IMG/VR virus record: IMGVR_UViG_3300028886_000035
Location: 96,001-160,000 of that record
Source: a virus
Taxonomy: Duplodnaviria > Caudoviricetes
Direction: 5' to 3' (one strand)
Length of the DNA stretch: 64,000 nucleotides
Position 1 is the stretch's first letter. Every line of letters starts with the position of its first letter. Shown in pieces: positions 59,823-64,000 of the stretch. Below the pieces are notes generated by a model. It was not told the DNA's origin, ran no database searches, and saw nothing but the letters and a program-made list of their open reading frames with translations. A program made the position numbers and the translations under genes.

Positions 59823-59957
59823 TCATAAACCAAATTTTTTACAAAATTCTTGTTTAAAGAATGTTTCTAAATGAGTTAATTTTTTATTCATTTTCTTATC
59901 TAGGTTAATCATTTCTTCTTCATTTGGCATATTAGTAATTTGTTTAATACGTTTATA
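59823..59957 (-). pseudogene. 3' fragment of a G-phi family gene truncated at the IS remnant
   Basis: Reads YKRIKQITNMPNEEEMINLDKKMNKKLTHLETFFKQEFCKKFGL*. Confidence 0.6.
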
Positions 59958-59961
59958 TTAT

Positions 59962-60216
59962 TGTCAATGCGTCTATCAGTCTAACGATGACCGTATTGGA
60001 GCTATAAATATTCAACACCTCGGAACTATGTGGATTTCCGGAGATAACCATCCTCGCTACGAAAGAATAACAACTGCTTCGGAGTAAACTCCTTAGCAAA
60101 GCGGGTGTTGTTAGCCACCCGACGATGTAGGCGGATTTAGGGAGACATCTTGGATGTCGTTAGTACCTATGCAATTCCGACTTACAAGCTCCCGACTTTA
60201 GTCGGGAGTAGTTGAC
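59962..60216 (+). mobile_element. tnpB: IS200/IS605-family remnant: tnpB 3' end plus right end (omega/reRNA region)
   Basis: CQCVYQSNDDRIGAINIQHLG...ASE* (zinc finger/RuvC-III tail, 59962-60087); terminal hairpin ctcccgac-ttta-gtcgggag followed by tagttgac; GC-rich island. Confidence 0.85.
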
Positions 60217-60218
60217 TG

Positions 60219-60563
60219 TTAAATGCCTTTTGTATATGATAAAAATAATTTTGCATAATTGATAATTTCATTTTTATATTTAGCATAATATTTTATTATA
60301 CTCTGTCGTTCTTTTTCAGGAATATCGTTAAAATCATCATAATTGTAAATTTTTCCTTGGTTGTTTATATCTAAAGTCATGTAATATTCACAATCTTTTA
60401 CAAATACATCAACAACACAACAAGTTTCATATGAACAATCTTCTGTGACCTCATATTCTTCATATTGCAATATTAATTGTATATTATCATTGATATAAAT
60501 TGAAGCATATTTATCTATAAATGGATTTGTTAGATAATATTTTGTCTGTGTTATCATTTCCAT
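60219..60563 (-). CDS. G-phi tail family protein (ends SYTKGI)
   Basis: 114 aa with its own promoter. Confidence 0.75.
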   Translation of the reverse strand: MEMITQTKYYLTNPFIDKYASIYINDNIQLILQYEEYEVTEDCSYETCCVVDVFVKDCEYYMTLDINNQGKIYNYDDFNDIPEKERQSIIKYYAKYKNEIINYAKLFLSYTKGI

Positions 60564-60585
60564 TTTTTATTCCCCCTTTTATTTA

Positions 60586-60614
60586 AATATACCATATATT
60601 ATATTCATTGTCAA
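60586..60614 (-). promoter_or_regulatory. Sigma-A early promoter
   Basis: TTGACA-17 bp-(TGn)TATATT, after a terminator at 60635-60663. Confidence 0.75.
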
Positions 60615-60661
60615 CAGTTTTAAATATATTTTTAAAAGGCTACTATTGAATAGTAGCCTTT

Positions 60662-60900
60662 TTATAATCAGTATAAAATCACATATATATCTGCAATTTT
60701 TCTGTATGGTAAAGAATATTGTCCAACAAAATTATATATGGATTAAATAATTGATAATATAGTGTCTTGTATAACACACAATCACTTCATTTGTTGATTT
60801 GCTCGATTTAAATTCTATAACTTCTTTTTCCCATTTTCAAACGAAATATGTAAATTATTATTTAAAATTTTGCAAAACAAATAATTAATCATAATATCAT
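60662..60900 (-). pseudogene. Decayed G-phi family gene
   Basis: Ends ADIYVILY-TGA-L-TAA, consistent with GGA->TGA at the conserved Gly. Confidence 0.5.
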
Positions 60901-60902
60901 CA

Positions 60903-61280
60903 TTATATACCATTAACTAATATAAAGAATTGTTTTGTATTAACTAAAAATTCATCGTGATATTTAGATACAATTTGTCTAGTTATTTTTTGTGTTCGTT
61001 CACCAATAACTTTTGTAAATTTTTCTCTATTAAATTCCATATGATATATATCATTAATAATGTAAGTTTGTTTTTCTGTACGACCCAATATAATATTTAT
61101 TTCTAATCCACTATGTATTTTAAACATATATTTTAAACGCTCATTGTATGCAAATGTTAAACGAACATTATCCTTAATATAATATTCGTAAAAATCATCA
61201 AATATATACGGATTTATATCTTTATGTGGAATAGTATATTTGCATTGTTTTAATGTAAAATCTTTCATAATCCACCACAA
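60903..61280 (-). CDS. G-phi tail family protein (ends ILVNGI)
   Basis: 125 aa. Confidence 0.7.
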   Translation of the reverse strand: MWWIMKDFTLKQCKYTIPHKDINPYIFDDFYEYYIKDNVRLTFAYNERLKYMFKIHSGLEINIILGRTEKQTYIINDIYHMEFNREKFTKVIGERTQKITRQIVSKYHDEFLVNTKQFFILVNGI

Positions 61281-61591
61281 CGAATATAAAAATTTTTCAT
61301 TAAATCAGTTAAAATTTGTTTATGCGGAATAAATTTATCATCTAATTCATCTATATTTCTTTTATTTTTTATGTCAAAAACATCTAAAAAATTTTTAACT
61401 GTAATAACAGTAAGATAATTTTTTTGATGATTACAAAATCCAATTTTAAAATCACTATCCATATTATAATAGAACAGTACTTCTAAATTCCAATTATAAT
61501 AAATTTCTCTAATTTCATAAAAACTTTTATTTATTATTACTCGTTCTTTTAATACCCAAGGCATGATGTTACATTCCTTCCCATATAACAC
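61265..61591 (-). CDS. G-phi tail family protein (ends IRCGGL)
   Basis: 108 aa. Confidence 0.7.
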   Translation of the reverse strand: MLYGKECNIMPWVLKERVIINKSFYEIREIYYNWNLEVLFYYNMDSDFKIGFCNHQKNYLTVITVKNFLDVFDIKNKRNIDELDDKFIPHKQILTDLMKNFYIRCGGL

Positions 61592-61766
61592 GACATCGTT
61601 TTGTTAATTCTATTAATTCAGATTGATATTTATCTATAATTGGCATTAAATACTTTAGTTGTTTAGAATGTATATATGATAATTTGTTATTACAAACTGT
61701 AAAATCAATTTCCCCATAGCCTAAAATGTTTCTTTTTTCCTTTATATATGATTGTTTACAATCCAC
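61569..61766 (-). CDS. G-phi tail family protein, short (ends VIWEGM)
   Basis: 65 aa. Confidence 0.6.
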   Translation of the reverse strand: MDCKQSYIKEKRNILGYGEIDFTVCNNKLSYIHSKQLKYLMPIIDKYQSELIELTKRCRVIWEGM

Positions 61767-62094
61767 TTTGATAAGTAACTAACATTCTATAATAATCCAT
61801 GATTTTGTTATAATTCTTTTCTACATAATTTTTAATTTCATCATAATAAATGTGTTTTTTATCATTGCTGTCTATATAAAATATGTTATCATCTAAACTA
61901 TGTTTTAATACATATGTATATCTGTATTTATTTATTTTCAATGTGATGTGTTTTTTGTAGGTAAATTTTTCATAAACAATTTCAATTTGATAGTCATTGT
62001 AACTATCAAAAATATTCATTTTATTAATAGAACAAAAATTACCTTTTTTGTTTATTATAATTTTATTACTTTGAAATCGCCCCATAATTATCAC
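61756..62094 (-). CDS. G-phi tail family protein (ends TYQSGL)
   Basis: 112 aa. Confidence 0.7.
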   Translation of the reverse strand: MIIMGRFQSNKIIINKKGNFCSINKMNIFDSYNDYQIEIVYEKFTYKKHITLKINKYRYTYVLKHSLDDNIFYIDSNDKKHIYYDEIKNYVEKNYNKIMDYYRMLVTYQSGL

Positions 62095-62458
62095 ATCCCA
62101 AAAGAATATACTAGTTTTTTCTGATTCGTTTCAGATTATGTTTATATATTTTTTTTGTAAATTTTATACATGATATTTAATTTGCCATCTGTTAAATCAA
62201 AATTCGCTTCACCACGTAATGTTTTAAATTTACAAGAACGTTCTGAATAGAACTTTGTAATTGGTTCGTTAATATGTAATGTTGAATTTTCAAATACACT
62301 AGTTTCTTGAATGTCAAAATGACCTAATTGAGATAAAAATCTGTATCTAAGTATTCTTGTTCATCATGATTAGTATAAATAGATATACCAATATTTGTAT
62401 AATCTGATAAAGTAACCGATGTTTTATCCCAATTATCATTATAAAAATCTATATCCAT
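62091..62458 (-). pseudogene. Frameshifted G-phi family gene
   Basis: MDIDFYNDNWDKTSV... then frame breaks; final frame ends QKKLVYSFGM*. Confidence 0.55.
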
Positions 62459-62474
62459 TAAATTTTTCATTTTT

Positions 62475-62930
62475 CTATATCCCAAATTCAATTATTATAT
62501 CTTTTTGTATATCTTTCTTAATTCTGTTATATTTTGATAAATAATTTGCTAATTCTATAGTTGCTCTTTTTAAATAAAATTGATATTCATCATCTGTGTA
62601 CCATCCAATATATTCCATATCATTAAATAATGTTTTTATGTCACATTCTCCATACATGAAATTTAATGGTATGAAGCTTATTTGTAATTCACTTATATCT
62701 GATTGTTTTTCTTTGAAATATATTTTTTTATTATAAATTTCAAAATCATATTGATTTTTTTTGCCTTTAAAGTATAGATTAATAGTTATTTGCAAATTCC
62801 AAAATTCACTTTGTATTTTATACCATACAGTTTTCATTTTTATACTCCATATATCTTTACTAACTGCGTATAAACCATTTGTTGTTTTCATAAATTTGGT
62901 GATATATTTTTTTCTTCTACGAAATCTCAA
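62475..62930 (-). CDS. G-phi tail family protein (ends IIEFGI)
   Basis: 151 aa. Confidence 0.7.
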   Translation of the reverse strand: MRFRRRKKYITKFMKTTNGLYAVSKDIWSIKMKTVWYKIQSEFWNLQITINLYFKGKKNQYDFEIYNKKIYFKEKQSDISELQISFIPLNFMYGECDIKTLFNDMEYIGWYTDDEYQFYLKRATIELANYLSKYNRIKKDIQKDIIIEFGI

Positions 62931-63001
62931 TTCATAACGTCTCGTTCATACATGGTTTCTAGTTCATTACATTCATCCATATATAATTCTTTAACCATAA
63001 T

Positions 63002-63445
63002 TTACATTCCATTCATTAATATTTGACTTTCTTTTACTCTTTTGAATAAAATCCTGTTATATTTAAAAAATGGGTCATAATAATCGGCATAAATATCTTT
63101 ACTTTCCATTTGTATATAGAATTTTTTATTATTACGATATAATTCTTGAATTAATTTCTGCGTAGCAATAATATATGCAGGTGTAATATCATCATATTTT
63201 AATACTATATGAATGAATTTATCATATTTGTTTTTAATGAATGTCATCATTTTAAAATTTTTATTTTCTTTTGTATCGTTATTGACAATATAATTGATTT
63301 TATATTTTTTTACTGTATCTCCTATTTTAGTTGACTGTAATTTTATATCTAACATTTCTCTCTCTCCTATTACATTAATTATATCATTTTTTGTCAACAA
63401 TTTCAAGTATTTTTTGATTACTTTTTGTATATATGAAAAGGACAC
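63002..63445 (-). CDS. G-phi tail family protein (ends ILMNGM); true start probably MLDIKL near 63355
   Basis: AGGAGAG SD before the internal ATG; terminator at 63436-63467. Confidence 0.7.
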   Translation of the reverse strand: MSFSYIQKVIKKYLKLLTKNDIINVIGEREMLDIKLQSTKIGDTVKKYKINYIVNNDTKENKNFKMMTFIKNKYDKFIHIVLKYDDITPAYIIATQKLIQELYRNNKKFYIQMESKDIYADYYDPFFKYNRILFKRVKESQILMNGM

Positions 63446-63466
63446 CTAATCATGGAGGTGTCCTTT

Positions 63467-63820
63467 TCATATTCCATTACTATATACCCAAAATTCTTTT
63501 ATCTCTCTTTTTAAATCTTTTTTCATATCAGAAAAATCTTTTAATATCTTATTCATTCGTTCTTCTTTTTTATACCATATCGTTTGATATGTTTTTAAAT
63601 ATTTAATGCAATTTATATCCTCTATAACATATCCCAAACTATCTTCTCCATATCGAAATCCAAATTCTATTCCACAATTTTCTTTTCTGATACTAACAAC
63701 CTTGTTTTGTGAAAATCGTAACCATAAAAATATACCGTTTTTATTCCATATTTTATAACTTTTATAATTAGGAACATATTTATTTAAATAATTGGTACAA
63801 GTAAGTTCATATCCCATCAA
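63467..63820 (-). CDS. G-phi tail family protein (ends VYSNGI)
   Basis: 117 aa. Confidence 0.7.
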   Translation of the reverse strand: MMGYELTCTNYLNKYVPNYKSYKIWNKNGIFLWLRFSQNKVVSIRKENCGIEFGFRYGEDSLGYVIEDINCIKYLKTYQTIWYKKEERMNKILKDFSDMKKDLKREIKEFWVYSNGI

Positions 63821-63989
63821 AGACTATCATCCCTTTTTTTATTGATTCAATATATTCTTTATATCCATGTAATCCTATTTGTTTTTCATACCTTAATAAG
63901 TTGTCATGATAGAATTGTTTGATTATTCCATTTATGTGATATATTTTGCTTATTAAAATGATATTTGCTATATGAAAATAATCCCATTC
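63807..63989 (-). pseudogene. 3' part of another G-phi family gene at the window edge
   Basis: Reads EWDYFHIANII...YKEYIESIKKGMIVFDGI*, with an in-frame TAA at 63990-63992. Confidence 0.5.
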
Positions 63990-64000
63990 TTATATATAAG

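Noticed and set aside
54051-63820. G-phi C-termini as a by-product of Shine-Dalgarno overlap with the next gene
   Set aside because: The GG may double as an SD in some junctions. However, several members (42434, 45874, 54051, 56784, 58522, 63467) end at terminators, GGC and GGT codons occur, and the Gly position is fixed relative to the stop rather than to the next start.
1-64000. Alternative genetic code (TAG or TGA recoding)
   Set aside because: Core genes (terminase, ligase, MTases, fibres) are full length in code 11; the interruptions seen are sporadic TAA stops or frameshifts in accessory genes.

Overview
Very AT-rich segment of a large (jumbo-type) tailed phage genome, almost all on the minus strand. 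A PAAR spike protein suggests a contractile tail, and sigma-A-type promoters with AGGAG Shine-Dalgarno sites suggest a Bacillota host. 1-28 kb: a >1043-aa repeat protein running off the window, probable head/virion proteins, a terminase large subunit with three inteins, a sigma factor, an M16 peptidase, two DNA methyltransferases, guanylate kinase, a DUF285/BspA repeat protein, PAAR and a ClpX-type zinc finger. 29-42 kb: a duplicated tail-fibre/receptor-binding module. 42-64 kb: an early accessory region built of terminator-TTGACA promoter cassettes, with NAD+-dependent DNA ligase and an IS200/IS605 tnpB remnant. Best candidate for an undescribed system: 27 intact and about 5 decayed small, divergent proteins that all end in a helix followed by Gly-[I/L/M/V/F]-stop, which looks like a library of variable domains sharing one C-terminal docking or processing tag. 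Also notable: a K/R-L-[IVF]-A motif in putative virion proteins, a TATT-N7-TAGA candidate late promoter, and two inteins separated by only Ser-Gly-Lys in the terminase P-loop. All annotations come from reading motifs by eye; no database searches were run.
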